Origin: Gemmatimonadota bacterium
Lineage (GTDB): Bacteria > Gemmatimonadota > Gemmatimonadetes > Palauibacterales > Palauibacteraceae
Assembly: GCA_963666735.1 (NCBI GenBank)
Contig: OY762926.1
Span: 1,901,447 to 1,965,446 of the forward strand
DNA length: 64,000 nucleotides
Direction: 5' to 3'
Position 1 is the stretch's first letter. The number at the start of each line of letters is the position of its first letter. Both the position numbers and the translations under genes were made by a program. Shown piece after piece: positions 36,878 through 48,892 of the stretch. A model generated the notes under the pieces. It was not told where the DNA came from. It made no database searches and saw nothing but the letters and a program-made list of their open reading frames with translations.

Positions 36878-38506
36878 ATGAGCGACTCGCTGCGTACTCG
36901 ACTGAACCTGCTGATCGCGACGGCGTTCGCGTTCGCGTTCGGCGTGGGATTGGCTTCGGTACTGGACCTGACGCCGGTTTCGATCGCGGCGGACGGCAAC
37001 CGGGACCCGGGGTGGGTGATCGGGGCCCCGGCAAGCGCCGGGATGACGATGGAGAACGGCTTCGCCAATGTGGCGCAGCGCGTGGCCCCCGCGGTCGTCA
37101 CGATCTACCTGACGGCGGAGCGGGAAACCTCGTTTCCGAACGCATCCCCGTTCCCGCCGGGCTTCGAGCCGCCGCCGGGCTTCGAACCGCCGCCGGGGCT
37201 CGAGCTTCCGCCCGGGTTCGAGCTGCCGCCCGATTCCGAGCAGGACCGCGAGGAGGAGCGGCGGCCACGGACCGTCGAATGGAGCGGGTCCGGCTTCATC
37301 GTCTCGGACAACGGCTACGTGGTGACGAACAACCATGTGGTGGCCGGCGCGGAGCGCATCGACATCGAACTCCACGACGGACGGGTCTTCGACGACGTGG
37401 AACTCGTGGGGCGCGATCCGCAGACCGACGTGGCGCTGCTCCGGCTCGAGGTGGACGACATCGCCGTCCTTCCCATCGGCTCGAGCGACGAGACCGCGGT
37501 AGGCGAGTGGGTGCTGGCCATCGGGAGCCCCGGCTTCCGCACCGCACCGGGACCGCTGCTGTCGTCCGTGACGGCGGGGATCGTCTCCGCCAAGGGGCGC
37601 AACATCTCCATCCTCCGGGACCGCAATCCTCTCGCGATCGAGGATTTCATCCAGACGGATGCGGTGATCAACCGGGGCAACTCGGGCGGGCCGCTGGTGA
37701 ATGCGGCGGGCGAAGTGATCGGAATCAACACGGCGATCCTGTCGACGACGGGGAGCTACCAGGGGTACGGCTTCGCGGTCCCGATCGAACTCGCCCGCGA
37801 GGTCGTCGACGACCTGATCGAATTCGGGGAGGTCCGGCGGGCGCTCATCGGCGTCTCGATTACCGATGTCGACGCCGCGGACGCGGCGTTCTACGGCTTG
37901 GAGCGCGTCGAGGGCGCGAAGATCCAGACCTTCTCCTTCGACAACAGTCCCGCCAGGCTTGCCGGACTCGAAGGCGGCGACGTCATCGTCGGCGTGGCGG
38001 GGCAGCCCGTCTCCGGCGTGTCGGAACTGCAGCGGCGGATCCGCGCTTTCGAGCCGGGGGAGACGGTGGCCCTCGACATCGTCCGCCGCTCCACGCTGGA
38101 GCGCGACCGGGCGCGCGTCCGCCTCATCTCGGCGGACGACGACTCGTCTCCCCGGGTCGCGGCACGCTCCGAGGCGCCCGAGGCGACAGGCGACGTGCTC
38201 GGCCTTGAAGTGAGAGATGACACGGAGGTCGAACCCGGGGAATACGCACCGTACCGCATCGAGCCGGGGTTCAGGGGCGTCGTCATCACAGGCGGAGATT
38301 CGAGGGGCGCGGTGGGGCGGCTGCGCCTTCCCGCAGGGACGCTCATCCTCGACATCAACGGCGAGGAGATCCAGGGGCGGGCCGATTACGAGCGAATCCT
38401 CTCCGCGCTGGAGCCCGGCGATGCGCTGAGCGTACAATTCAACGTCCTGCTGATCGACGGGAGTCGACGGAACATGTTCCGGAGCGTCGTAATCCCGGAA
38501 CGCTGA
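36878..38506 (+). CDS. degP: DegP/HtrA serine protease with PDZ domains
   Basis: GSGFIVS, TNNHVV, TDVALL, QTDAVINRGNSGGPL. Confidence 0.92.
   Translation: MSDSLRTRLNLLIATAFAFAFGVGLASVLDLTPVSIAADGNRDPGWVIGAPASAGMTMENGFANVAQRVAPAVVTIYLTAERETSFPNASPFPPGFEPPPGFEPPPGLELPPGFELPPDSEQDREEERRPRTVEWSGSGFIVSDNGYVVTNNHVVAGAERIDIELHDGRVFDDVELVGRDPQTDVALLRLEVDDIAVLPIGSSDETAVGEWVLAIGSPGFRTAPGPLLSSVTAGIVSAKGRNISILRDRNPLAIEDFIQTDAVINRGNSGGPLVNAAGEVIGINTAILSTTGSYQGYGFAVPIELAREVVDDLIEFGEVRRALIGVSITDVDAADAAFYGLERVEGAKIQTFSFDNSPARLAGLEGGDVIVGVAGQPVSGVSELQRRIRAFEPGETVALDIVRRSTLERDRARVRLISADDDSSPRVAARSEAPEATGDVLGLEVRDDTEVEPGEYAPYRIEPGFRGVVITGGDSRGAVGRLRLPAGTLILDINGEEIQGRADYERILSALEPGDALSVQFNVLLIDGSRRNMFRSVVIPER
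37151..37232 (+). repeat. 18-nt coding tandem repeat (PPGFEx, four units) in DegP
   Basis: FPPGFEPPPGFEPPPGLELPPGFELPP. Confidence 0.75.
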
Positions 38507-38611
38507 TCCGCCGGACGCCGGGAGGAGCGGGGGTTCTTGCTTGCCCCCGTTCCTCGCGATCCCGAGATTCCCCGGCCGATCCCGGCGCCGCCTTCGACTT
38601 GGCGGAGTCGC

Positions 38612-38694
38612 GCGAAAGTGGCGGAATTGGCAGACGCGCCAGCCTTAGGAGCTGGTGGCCCTTGGCCGTGGGGGTTCGAGTCCCCCCTTTCGCA
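38612..38694 (+). tRNA. tRNA-Leu(TAG)
   Basis: GCGAAAG/CTTTCGC acceptor stem, CCAGC-CTTAGGA-GCTGG anticodon arm, long variable arm, GTTCGAG T-loop; CCA not encoded. Confidence 0.95.
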
Positions 38695-38769
38695 CTTCGT
38701 GCCGTACACGGGTGTGCACACACTGAGCCGTTCGCCCGTCCGGGAACACGAGCGGGAGCCAAACCGACC

Positions 38770-40041
38770 TTGAGCGCAGCCGACCCACAAGCCGCCACGA
38801 CGGATCCGTTCGACGTCGCGATCAAGCAGGAGAACGATTACCTGCGCCGCCTCGACGTGTCCGTGGACCCCGCGCAGGTGGCGGCGACGCGCCGCCGCGA
38901 AGCCGCCAAACTCCGGAAGACAACCCGCATCAAGGGATTCCGGAAGGGGAAGGTCCCGGTGCGGATCGTCGAGGAACGCTACGGTCCCCTCATCGACGAG
39001 CGGACGGTCGACGCGCTCGTCAACCGGGCGTATCGGAACGCCATCGAGCGGCACGACCTTTCCACCATCGGGGAACCCGTGGTGAGCGAACTGGATTACC
39101 GGCCCGGTGAGCGGCTCTCCTTCCGTATCGACGTGGAGGTGATGCCGGCGATCGAGCTTGCGCGGACCGGAGGGTTCCGGGTCCAGCGGCGCGAGGTGGC
39201 CGTCGAGGATGCGGACATCGACGAGGTCATCGAGAACATCCGCAAGGAGAACGCGGTGCTCCAACCCGTGGACCGGGCGCCGCGGAGCGGGGATGTCGTC
39301 GCCGTGGCCATCCGCGAACACGGGAGTGGCGACGGCGCCGCGGAGAAACCGTATCGGTTCGAACTGGGCGCGGGCTACGCGATTCCGGATGTCGAAGCCG
39401 CGATCCTCACGCTGGCGCGCGGCGAGGCAGGCTCGTTCACGGTTTCCTACCCGGAGGATTTCGGAGCCGGGGAACTCGCGGGCACCACCCGGTCGCTGCA
39501 GATCCGTCTCGACGATGTCCGGGCCAGCGAGCTTCCCGACCTCACGGACGAGTTTGCGAGCGAGATCGGAGATTTCGGGACGCTGGCGGACCTTCGCGAA
39601 GCGGTCGGAAAGGAACTCCTGGCGCGGGGTGAACGTCAGGCGGACGAGGAAGTCGGCGAACAACTCCTCGACGCGGTGATCGAAGCCAACGCCTTCGAGG
39701 TGCCGCCGAGTCTCACGTCGCGTTATCTTGACCAGGTGATCGACGCCCCCGAGGGAGCGGATCCCGAGCAGGTCGAGGAGGCCCGCAACTCCGTGGCCCC
39801 CCAGGTGGAGCGCCAGATCAAGCGGGATATGGTGCTCGAGCGACTCATCGAGGATCAGGGGCTCGATCTGTCGAGCGAGGAATTCGACGAGCGCCTGTCG
39901 GAACTCGGGAGGGCGAGGAGCAAGAGTCTGGTGGAGATACGCCGGCAGCTCGCGAAGGAGAAGCAGCTCGACTCGCTCCGCCGCCGTTTTGCCATCGACA
40001 AGGCGTTCCGGTTTCTGATCGACGGCTCGGACGTGAGCTGA
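38770..40041 (+). CDS. tig: Trigger factor
   Basis: IKGFRKGKVP ribosome-binding motif; position between tRNA-Leu and clpP; TTG start is probable. Confidence 0.92.
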   Translation: MSAADPQAATTDPFDVAIKQENDYLRRLDVSVDPAQVAATRRREAAKLRKTTRIKGFRKGKVPVRIVEERYGPLIDERTVDALVNRAYRNAIERHDLSTIGEPVVSELDYRPGERLSFRIDVEVMPAIELARTGGFRVQRREVAVEDADIDEVIENIRKENAVLQPVDRAPRSGDVVAVAIREHGSGDGAAEKPYRFELGAGYAIPDVEAAILTLARGEAGSFTVSYPEDFGAGELAGTTRSLQIRLDDVRASELPDLTDEFASEIGDFGTLADLREAVGKELLARGERQADEEVGEQLLDAVIEANAFEVPPSLTSRYLDQVIDAPEGADPEQVEEARNSVAPQVERQIKRDMVLERLIEDQGLDLSSEEFDERLSELGRARSKSLVEIRRQLAKEKQLDSLRRRFAIDKAFRFLIDGSDVS

Positions 40042-40071
40042 TGGGCTTCGCAAACCACGTGAGGGACTGAC

Positions 40072-40707
40072 TTGAGCACGATATTCGCACCGTATGTCAT
40101 CGAACGGTCGAGCCGCGGGGAACGCACGTACGACATCTTCTCGCGTCTCCTCATGGACCGGATCGTCTTCCTCGGAGCTCCGATCAACGACGATGTGGCG
40201 AACGTGGTGATCGCCCAGTTGCTCTTCCTGGAGGCGGACAACCCGGAGCGCGAGATCAACATCTACATCAACTCGCCGGGAGGGAGCGTCCAGGCGGGAC
40301 TCGCGATCTACGACACGATGCAGTTCCTGAACGCCCCGGTGGCGACGATGTGCATGGGGATGGCGGCGTCGATGGGAGCCTTCCTGCTCGCCGCCGGCAC
40401 GCCCGGCAGACGGCGCTCGCTGCCGAACGCGCGGATCATGATCCACCAGCCTTCCGGCGGCTCCTACGGGACGGCGGCGGACATCGAGATTCAGGCGAAG
40501 GAAATCCTCAACGCCCGCGAGCGGCTGAACGGGATTCTCGCCGGACACACCGGACAGGACCTCGACCGGATCGCCGAGGATGTCGATCGCGACCGCTTCA
40601 TGTCCCCGGAGGAAGCGCGGGATTACGGGCTCATCGACCTGGTGGTGGCGCGCGAGGCGGAGGTTGACGGCAAGAACGGGCGACCCCGCCCCGCCGTGGC
40701 GAAGTAG
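40072..40707 (+). CDS. clpP: ATP-dependent Clp protease proteolytic subunit
   Basis: [29 protein letters not shown]. Confidence 0.97.
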   Translation: MSTIFAPYVIERSSRGERTYDIFSRLLMDRIVFLGAPINDDVANVVIAQLLFLEADNPEREINIYINSPGGSVQAGLAIYDTMQFLNAPVATMCMGMAASMGAFLLAAGTPGRRRSLPNARIMIHQPSGGSYGTAADIEIQAKEILNARERLNGILAGHTGQDLDRIAEDVDRDRFMSPEEARDYGLIDLVVAREAEVDGKNGRPRPAVAK

Positions 40708-40740
40708 CAGGGCAACCCGGGGGACCGAGGGGAGGCGACG

Positions 40741-41985
<1,245 letters not shown>

Positions 41986-42025
41986 GGTCACTACTCCGGT
42001 CCGGACGGCCGAGTTCATCGGCGCG

Positions 42026-42589
42026 GTGGGCGCGGCCGGACAGAAGCCGCCGCGCGACCTCCAACAGATCGCGATCGCCGGGCGCTCGAACGTCGGAAAG
42101 TCCTCGCTGCTCAATCGTCTCGTGGGGCGCAAGAGCCTCGCGCGAACCTCGAAGCAGCCGGGGCGCACGCGCGAGATCAACTTCTTCCTCGTCGACGACC
42201 GCTATATGCTCGTCGATCTGCCGGGCTACGGGTTCGCGAAGGCGCCGAAGACCGTGCGGGAGAAGTGGGGACGGCTGATCGACGGGTACCTGCGCCGGAC
42301 GCCGAAGCTGCTCGGCCTCGTGCTGCTCGTGGACGCGCGCCGCGGACTCACGGACGACGATGAGCGGATGATCGAGTTCCTGGGGGCGACGGGCACGCCG
42401 ACGCTCTTCGCGCTCACGAAGACGGACAAGCTGAACCGGTCCGGGCGTCGGCGGGCGACGAAGGAGCTGCGCGAGGCGCTCGAGCTCGATGCGGACCAGC
42501 TGGTCGAGACGTCCGCGCGCACCGGGGCCGGCGTCGACACGCTGCGCGAGAGCATCGCCGCCCTCATCGCCGAGGCGGAGACCGGCTAG
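42026..42589 (+). CDS. engB: GTP-binding protein EngB/YihA (true start may be further upstream)
   Basis: GRSNVGKSS, PGRT, DLPGYG, TKTDK. Confidence 0.93.
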   Translation: MGAAGQKPPRDLQQIAIAGRSNVGKSSLLNRLVGRKSLARTSKQPGRTREINFFLVDDRYMLVDLPGYGFAKAPKTVREKWGRLIDGYLRRTPKLLGLVLLVDARRGLTDDDERMIEFLGATGTPTLFALTKTDKLNRSGRRRATKELREALELDADQLVETSARTGAGVDTLRESIAALIAEAETG

Positions 42590-42730
42590 CCGATCGGACT
42601 CCTCGCCTGAAGCACGACGCACCTGAGACCAGGGGCCCGCGCGGAGAGGAGACACGATGAGAAAGCTCGCATCGGACTGCTCGGAACCTTTCGGCGCCTT
42701 TCGCTCGCGGCGCGGAGGCGGCGCGGCCGG

Positions 42731-42943
42731 ACGCCGGCGAACACCCGGCTGCGCGCGGAACACCTGCTTCGGAGGCACCCGGAGATTCTCGACTTGGATC
42801 CGGGGCGGATCCTCCTCATCGCGGGCCTGCAGCGTACCGCGACGACGACCCTGCACCGATTGCTCGCGGCGGACCCCGGGATTCGCGCGTCGTGCAAGCT
42901 GCACCTGTGCGCTGCGGGTTCAACGACGTGGCACGAGGGCTGA
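42731..42943 (+). pseudogene. Sulfotransferase fragment
   Basis: ANTRLRAEHLLRRHPEILD...LIAGLQRTATTTLHRLLAADP (5'-PSB loop); no start, early stop. Confidence 0.7.
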
Positions 42944-43005
42944 AGGCCCGCGCGGAGGCCGGTTCGGCGGACGGGGGAGCCCGCGCCGGTGTGGGACCCG
43001 ACGCT

Positions 43006-43096
43006 GGGAAGGGGCCAGCGAGAGTCAGCGGGTGCCCAGCCTGTAGGCCTCGAACTCCCGCTTGAGGTTCTCGATGTCCACGCTGAGGTCGACGAG
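43006..43096 (-). repeat. Diverged duplicate of a segment of the sigma54 activator gene
   Basis: Matches about 45040-45130 (ctgtaggcctcgaactcccgcttgaggt...tcgatgtccac..tgaggtcgacgag). Confidence 0.8.
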
Positions 43097-43135
43097 CCAT
43101 CCGATGCGGATTGCCGGTTCCCCATCGCCGATTCG

Positions 43136-44497
43136 TCAGTCGGGTGGACAGGACTCGACGATGACTAGCGCGCCTGTCTCCCCTTCGAGGCGCAGGTGCA
43201 GCACGTAGTCCACGTCCAGATTGTCAGAGACCACGCCAAAAACTCCGCCGCCCGCGCCAAAGTGCAATGCTTCCAGCTCCGCGGACGCGGCCACCATGCC
43301 TCGATAACGCCCGCAGTTGTCCAAGAGATCCCAAGTCGAGCCAGCCTCGGCCCCTGTTCCCGGCTCCCGCTCGGCCCACAACCACCCTTCCGGCGACACT
43401 TCCAGGGCCGCCAATACAGGCCTCATGTCCGACTCCTTCTCACCTCTTTCCGGCAAGGGAGGAGGGGTGCCCAACTCCACGGTACGAAGGGTATCCCCGT
43501 CAAAGTTGACTTCGTGGAAGCGTCGGGCCGACCGATTCGCTAGCCACACTGTTCCGCCGGGTCCAGCCGCCCAAACGACCCGGGGTTCGGCGGCGGCAGC
43601 CGTGGTCAGATTCGTCGTGCCACCCCTGATCCGCCCCGCGTCGCGCCGGGTTTCCCTAGTTCTGCCCTCACCCAACGTTATGGGTCTCAGTTCGATCAGG
43701 AGCGTGTCCCCCGAGAGTATCTCGTGTTCAGCGGACACCGGCAGACGCGCCACATGCAATTCCTGTCGACCAACGGAGGAGTTGAATGAAATGTGGGTCA
43801 ATTCCCGATAAACGGAACCGAGAGTATCCGTGCCCACAACCCTTGTCATTGGCTTCGGATCCCAAGCCAAGGTAGCTACCGTGCCGCCGGATCGGCCCAG
43901 CTCGTTACCCAGCGAATCCAAGAGCAGTTGTTGCGAACGGTCGCCGACCCACAATCGGTTGGGTGCCTGCCACACAATCCGGCCGCGCCCAGCCAGCTGG
44001 TTGGAGTAGCGTTTCTCGCCAGGTCCGTCTCCCTCTCGCGCCATGCTCCGCAGGTATCGCCCATCGCGATCGAAAACGCGGACTTCTCTCCATCCGACAT
44101 CAAGGACATAGATTCGACCGCCCCCATCCACCGCCAGGTCGTGGATGTCGGCGAAGGCATCAGGTCCAGACCCGGACAGTCTTCCGATCCTCAGTTCCTC
44201 GACCAGCCGCCATTCTTCGGCAACCTCGGGGCCAGCCGACGCGACGTTGGACACCACCGCACGTCGCCCACCCAAGGTGTCTTTCGGAAGTCCACCAGCC
44301 CCGCGTTCGACCTGGGCCGCCGACGGAATCGCCATGATCGCACATGACACCGTCGCCACGATAGCGTGCCGTGGCGAACGCAAGCGGTTGCCACCTCTTC
44401 TGGCCAATATCGCTTTCCAGGGAAGGGCGCTCGGCGCTCGGCGCGGGGGCAAGGCTCGGCCGGATCCGACCGGGATGGTTTGGCGGCGGCTGTGCAA
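43136..44497 (-). CDS. Secreted beta-propeller protein (family H); start uncertain
   Basis: LVEELRIG, LAVDGGGRIYVLD, AREGDGPGE, VSPEGWLW, DNLDVDYV. Confidence 0.75.
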   Translation of the reverse strand: MHSRRQTIPVGSGRALPPRRAPSALPWKAILARRGGNRLRSPRHAIVATVSCAIMAIPSAAQVERGAGGLPKDTLGGRRAVVSNVASAGPEVAEEWRLVEELRIGRLSGSGPDAFADIHDLAVDGGGRIYVLDVGWREVRVFDRDGRYLRSMAREGDGPGEKRYSNQLAGRGRIVWQAPNRLWVGDRSQQLLLDSLGNELGRSGGTVATLAWDPKPMTRVVGTDTLGSVYRELTHISFNSSVGRQELHVARLPVSAEHEILSGDTLLIELRPITLGEGRTRETRRDAGRIRGGTTNLTTAAAAEPRVVWAAGPGGTVWLANRSARRFHEVNFDGDTLRTVELGTPPPLPERGEKESDMRPVLAALEVSPEGWLWAEREPGTGAEAGSTWDLLDNCGRYRGMVAASAELEALHFGAGGGVFGVVSDNLDVDYVLHLRLEGETGALVIVESCPPD

Positions 44498-44719
44498 GTC
44501 ACTTACTCCACGATAAAGATGCAGGTTACGTCAACAGAGAAGTGCCACATGCCGCCGCCGAGATAGTAGCATCGTATGTCCCCTACGTGAGCGGCGTCCG
44601 CATCGAGATCTGCGCAGGCGTCAACAGCCTCGAGAATCCAACCTGTGACTGCACTTTCCAGATCATGGGGGGGGGCGAGCGGAAAATGTCAAGATTGGCG
44701 TTCCTCTCGCCTGTTTAGG

Positions 44720-46363
44720 TTAATGTTCGATGCGGTACTTGCGGATCTTGCGGTAGATCGTGCGCTCGCCGATGCCCAGGGCCTGCGCGGCTTTCCGGCG
44801 GTTTCCCCCGGTCTGGCGGAGCACCGCGACGATCGCCTCGCGCTCGATCTCCTCCATCGTCATCCCGGGCCGGATCGCGATCATGTCGGCGTCCTCCGGG
44901 TAGGGACTGTCCCAGGCCGGCTGGGCGACTTCGTCCCCGGCGGGCGAGGCGCCGGCGGCCCCGGCCGCATCGGACGCGTCGACCGCGTCGGTGATGTCGA
45001 TCTCGATCGCGTCTTCGATGTCTTCCCCCGCCCCGCTCCGGGAGGGGGCCGGAGGGAGTCGGCGGGCGCCCAGTCTGTAGGCCTCGAACTCCCGCTTGAG
45101 GTCATCGATGTCCACCTTGAGGTCGACGAGGGTGCGGAAGACGAAGGCGAGTTGCGGTGAACCGGGGATGGATCCGGCGCCGGCGCCGGCCGGAGGCGCG
45201 ACGTGCCCGGGGGACGGCACGAGGCTCACGCCCCCGGTCCGGATCTCCGGCGGGATGTCCTCCGGGCGGATGACGGAGCCGGGGGCGAGCACGACCATGG
45301 ACTCGATCAGGTTCCGGAGTTCACGGACGTTCCCCGGCCAGTCGTAGTCGAGCAGGATCTGGAGCGCTTCCGGAGCGAGTCCGCGGAACTCCCGGTCGTG
45401 CTGCCGGCTGAACTCCGAGATGAAGCGGCGGATGAGGACCGGGATATCGCGGCGGCGCTCGCGGAGCGGCGGCATGTGGACGTTGAGGACGTTGAGGCGG
45501 TAGTACAGGTCGCGGCGGAACTCCCCCGTCTCGACCGCCTGCCTGAGGTCGCGGTTGGTGGCGGCGACGACGCGCACGCTGACCTGGATCTCGTGGTCCC
45601 CGCCCACCCTCATGAAGCGGCGGCTCTCGAGCACCCTCAGGAGCCGCGTCTGAGTGGGGAGCGGCATCTCGGCGATCTCGTCGAGGAGGAGCGTACCGCC
45701 ATCGGCAAGTTCGAACATGCCCCGCCGCAGTGAGGTCGCTCCGGTGAAGGCGCCCTTCTCGTGCCCGAACAGTTCGGATTCGAGCAGCGACTCGGGGAGG
45801 GCGGCGCAGTTCACCGCGATGAAGGCCTTGGCGCGCCGCGGGGAGAGCCGGTGGAAGGCGCGCGCCACGAGTTCCTTTCCGGTCCCGCTCTCGCCGGTGA
45901 GGAGGACGGTGCTCATCACGGGGGCGATCATGTGCACCCGCTCGAGGATCTCGCGCATGGCCTCGGCGCGCCCGATGATTCCCGTTTTGCGCTGCAGGTC
46001 GTAGCGGTCGAGGTGCGTCTGCAGGACGACCCGCATCTCGTCGGGATCGAGGGGAACCGGGAGCGCCTCGTCGAGATCGAAGGACCGTGCCATCCGCCGA
46101 CGCGCGTCCGGGTGAGTCTCCTCCGTGAGTCCGAGCACGGGCGGACGCGGAATCTCCGCCTCGAACAGGCCGCGCATCGCGGCGGCGCGCGATTCGTCGG
46201 GGGGACCGGTGAGGACGAGGGCGACCTCTGCCGCGCCGCCCAGCCGTCCCTCGAGTTCGCGCACGGATTCCACGAACTCGACCTCGTGCCCGTCGGCCTG
46301 CGCGGCCTGCCGGACGGCGATGGCGGCCTCCACTGCGCGCCCGTCGACGAAGACGCGCGCCAT
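44720..46363 (-). CDS. Sigma54-dependent transcriptional activator (degenerate receiver-AAA+-Fis HTH)
   Basis: GESGTGKE, ESELFGHEKGAFTGA, WPGNVREL, LGIGERTIYRK. Confidence 0.95.
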   Translation of the reverse strand: MARVFVDGRAVEAAIAVRQAAQADGHEVEFVESVRELEGRLGGAAEVALVLTGPPDESRAAAMRGLFEAEIPRPPVLGLTEETHPDARRRMARSFDLDEALPVPLDPDEMRVVLQTHLDRYDLQRKTGIIGRAEAMREILERVHMIAPVMSTVLLTGESGTGKELVARAFHRLSPRRAKAFIAVNCAALPESLLESELFGHEKGAFTGATSLRRGMFELADGGTLLLDEIAEMPLPTQTRLLRVLESRRFMRVGGDHEIQVSVRVVAATNRDLRQAVETGEFRRDLYYRLNVLNVHMPPLRERRRDIPVLIRRFISEFSRQHDREFRGLAPEALQILLDYDWPGNVRELRNLIESMVVLAPGSVIRPEDIPPEIRTGGVSLVPSPGHVAPPAGAGAGSIPGSPQLAFVFRTLVDLKVDIDDLKREFEAYRLGARRLPPAPSRSGAGEDIEDAIEIDITDAVDASDAAGAAGASPAGDEVAQPAWDSPYPEDADMIAIRPGMTMEEIEREAIVAVLRQTGGNRRKAAQALGIGERTIYRKIRKYRIEH

Positions 46364-47952
46364 CAGCCGCCTGGCGACGCGTGCGCGGTATCGCCGCGCA
46401 ACAGGTCGACCGCGTGGTCGACCACCGGTTCGAGCGCGGCCAGGCCGTCGGACACGCCGCCCGGGCTCCCGGGCAGGTTGATGAGGAGCGTCTCGCCGCG
46501 GACTCCGGCCAGCCCGCGGCCGAGCGCGGCGTAGGGCGTGGATTCGGCACCGACGCGGCGCAGCATCTCGGCGATCCCCGGCGCCTCGCGCTCGAGGACC
46601 GTGCGCGTCGCTTCGGGCGTCACGTCGCGCGCGGCAAGTCCGGTTCCGCCAGTCGTGAGGACGAGATCGACCCCCCGTACATCACACCAGTGCAGGAGGC
46701 GCGAGGCGATCGCGTCACTCTCGTCCGGCACGACATCCGCGCCGGACAACGAGTAGGCGCGCCCCCGAATCCACTTCCGGATGAGATCTCCGGAACCATC
46801 TTCGCGCTCGCCGGCGTACACGCCGTCGGAGATGGTCACGACGGCGATCCGCGGGGCGATCCGGTGCAGCGATCCGCGCGGATAGAAGGGCGGGCGCACG
46901 ACTTCGCCCGCGATCGCCTTCCCCCGAATCATGATCTCCACGGCGTCGCCGAAGCCCGCGTCGACCGGCAGGTAGGCGGTCGCGATTCCGTGCCCCATGG
47001 AAGGGCTCACGGTCCCGCTTCGGACCTTTCCGACCGCCTCCCCGCCGAGTCGCACTTCGTAACCCGCCCGCGGGAAGCCCCGCTCGAGCAGTCTCAGGAA
47101 GCGCAGCTTGCGGGCGAGACCGGCGGCGCGCTGGACGGCGAGGGCTTCCGCGCCCATGAAGTCGCCCTTGGCGTGCTTCACGAGCCACCCGAGTCCGGCC
47201 TCGAGCGCGGTCGTCTCATCGTCCACGTCGTTGCCGTAGAGCGCGTACCCCATCTCGAGCCGGAGCGAGTCCCTGGCCCCCAGGCCCGTGGGGACGGCGC
47301 CGGCCGCGACGAGCGCCCGCCACGTCGCCACCGCGTGCGCGTTCGGCATATAGAGTTCGAACCCGATCTCCCCCGTGTAGCCGGTCCGGCTGATGACGCA
47401 CGGCGCCCCCGCGACCTCGCCGTGCACGAACCGGTAGTACTCGATCTCCGCCAGCGGCTGGTCCGTCAGCGGCGCCAGCATCACCTCGGCCATGGGTCCC
47501 TGGAGGGCGAGGAGGGCGATCTCATCGCTCTCGTCCGTCATCTCGACGTCGAAGCCCCGCGCGAGCCCGCTGAGGTGCGCCCAGTCCTTGGCCAGGTTGG
47601 CGGCGTTGACGACGAGCCGGTAATCCGCCTCGCCCATGCAGTAGACGATGAGGTCGTCGATGACGCCGCCGGTCTCGTGGCACATCGCGCTGTACTGGGC
47701 GTCTCCCGGCGCCAGGCGCGAGGGGTCGTTCGTCGTCGCGTAGGCCACGAACGCCCGCGCGTCCTCGCCGCGGACGCGGAACTCTCCCATGTGGGAGACG
47801 TCGAACAGGCCCGCGGTCTCGCGCACGGCATGGTGCTCGGCCCGGATCCCGGTCGGGTACTGGACGGGCATCGCGTACCCGGCGAAGGGAACGATCTTTC
47901 CGCCCAGGCGGACGTGTTCTTCGAATAGCGGGGTTTCTTTCAGGTCCTTCAC
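46363..47952 (-). CDS. gcvT: Glycine cleavage T protein fused to a MogA/MoaB domain
   Basis: [29 protein letters not shown], then [28 protein letters not shown] in one frame. Confidence 0.88.
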   Translation of the reverse strand: MKDLKETPLFEEHVRLGGKIVPFAGYAMPVQYPTGIRAEHHAVRETAGLFDVSHMGEFRVRGEDARAFVAYATTNDPSRLAPGDAQYSAMCHETGGVIDDLIVYCMGEADYRLVVNAANLAKDWAHLSGLARGFDVEMTDESDEIALLALQGPMAEVMLAPLTDQPLAEIEYYRFVHGEVAGAPCVISRTGYTGEIGFELYMPNAHAVATWRALVAAGAVPTGLGARDSLRLEMGYALYGNDVDDETTALEAGLGWLVKHAKGDFMGAEALAVQRAAGLARKLRFLRLLERGFPRAGYEVRLGGEAVGKVRSGTVSPSMGHGIATAYLPVDAGFGDAVEIMIRGKAIAGEVVRPPFYPRGSLHRIAPRIAVVTISDGVYAGEREDGSGDLIRKWIRGRAYSLSGADVVPDESDAIASRLLHWCDVRGVDLVLTTGGTGLAARDVTPEATRTVLEREAPGIAEMLRRVGAESTPYAALGRGLAGVRGETLLINLPGSPGGVSDGLAALEPVVDHAVDLLRGDTAHASPGG

Positions 47953-48866
47953 GATGCCGCTCCCATGAGCATGGCGAGGATCGCCTTCTGCGAGTGGAGC
48001 CGATTCTCCGCCTCGTCCCAGACGCGGGACGCCGGCCCGTCGATGACTTCGGCCGCGACTTCCTCGCCCCGGTGCGCGGGCAGGCAGTGGAGGAAGATCG
48101 CATCATCGGCGGCCCGGGCCATGATCTCCGCGCCCACATGGTATCCGTCGAAGGCCCGCGCACGCTCCACGGCCTCTTCCTCCTGTCCCATCGAGGCCCA
48201 GACATCCGTCGTCACGACGTGCGCCCCCTCGGCCGCCTCGGCCGGCGCCCGAAAGAGATCGACCTGCGTCGCGCGTCCCGCCGCGGCGAGGATCGCGGGG
48301 TCCGGATCGTAGCCTTCCGGGCAGGCGAGACGGAGTCGGAAGCCGAGCTTCGCGGCCGCGTTCAACCACGAGTTCGCCACGTTGTTGCCATCGCCGATCC
48401 AGGCGACGGTCCGCCCCGAGAGGTCGGGGCCGAACTCCGCGCGCGCGGTCTGCAGATCCGCCATGATCTGGCAGGGGTGCAGCAGGTCCGTGAGGCCGTT
48501 GATGACGGGAATCGAACCGTGCTCGGCCAGCGCCTCGACATCGGCCTGCGCGAACGTCCGGATCATGATTCCGTGCACGAAGCGCGACAGGACACGGGCC
48601 GTATCGGAGAGCGGCTCCCCGCGTCCGATCTGGATGTCGCGCGCGGACAGGAAGAGCGCCTGCCCGCCCAGTTGGTGCGTCCCCACCTCGAAGGACACCC
48701 GGGTACGGGTCGAACTCTTCGTGAAGATCATGGCGAGCGTCTTCCCGGTGAGGGGACGGCCCGCCGCGCCGGGGTCGGCCTTGAGGCGGTCGGCGAGATC
48801 GAGCGCCTCGCGCAGCCGCCCGGGCGCCCAGTCGGCGATCGAGAGAAAATGTCGGGTCCGGTCCAT
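47949..48866 (-). CDS. argF: Ornithine carbamoyltransferase
   Basis: [24 protein letters not shown]. Confidence 0.96.
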   Translation of the reverse strand: MDRTRHFLSIADWAPGRLREALDLADRLKADPGAAGRPLTGKTLAMIFTKSSTRTRVSFEVGTHQLGGQALFLSARDIQIGRGEPLSDTARVLSRFVHGIMIRTFAQADVEALAEHGSIPVINGLTDLLHPCQIMADLQTARAEFGPDLSGRTVAWIGDGNNVANSWLNAAAKLGFRLRLACPEGYDPDPAILAAAGRATQVDLFRAPAEAAEGAHVVTTDVWASMGQEEEAVERARAFDGYHVGAEIMARAADDAIFLHCLPAHRGEEVAAEVIDGPASRVWDEAENRLHSQKAILAMLMGAAS

Positions 48867-48892
48867 GGCCTCGTGTGCCCTCGGGTCTCCGC

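Noticed and set aside
38612-38694. tRNA-Leu as an island integration site
   Set aside because: It is followed directly by tig-clpP-clpX, and no duplicated tRNA 3' end was seen.
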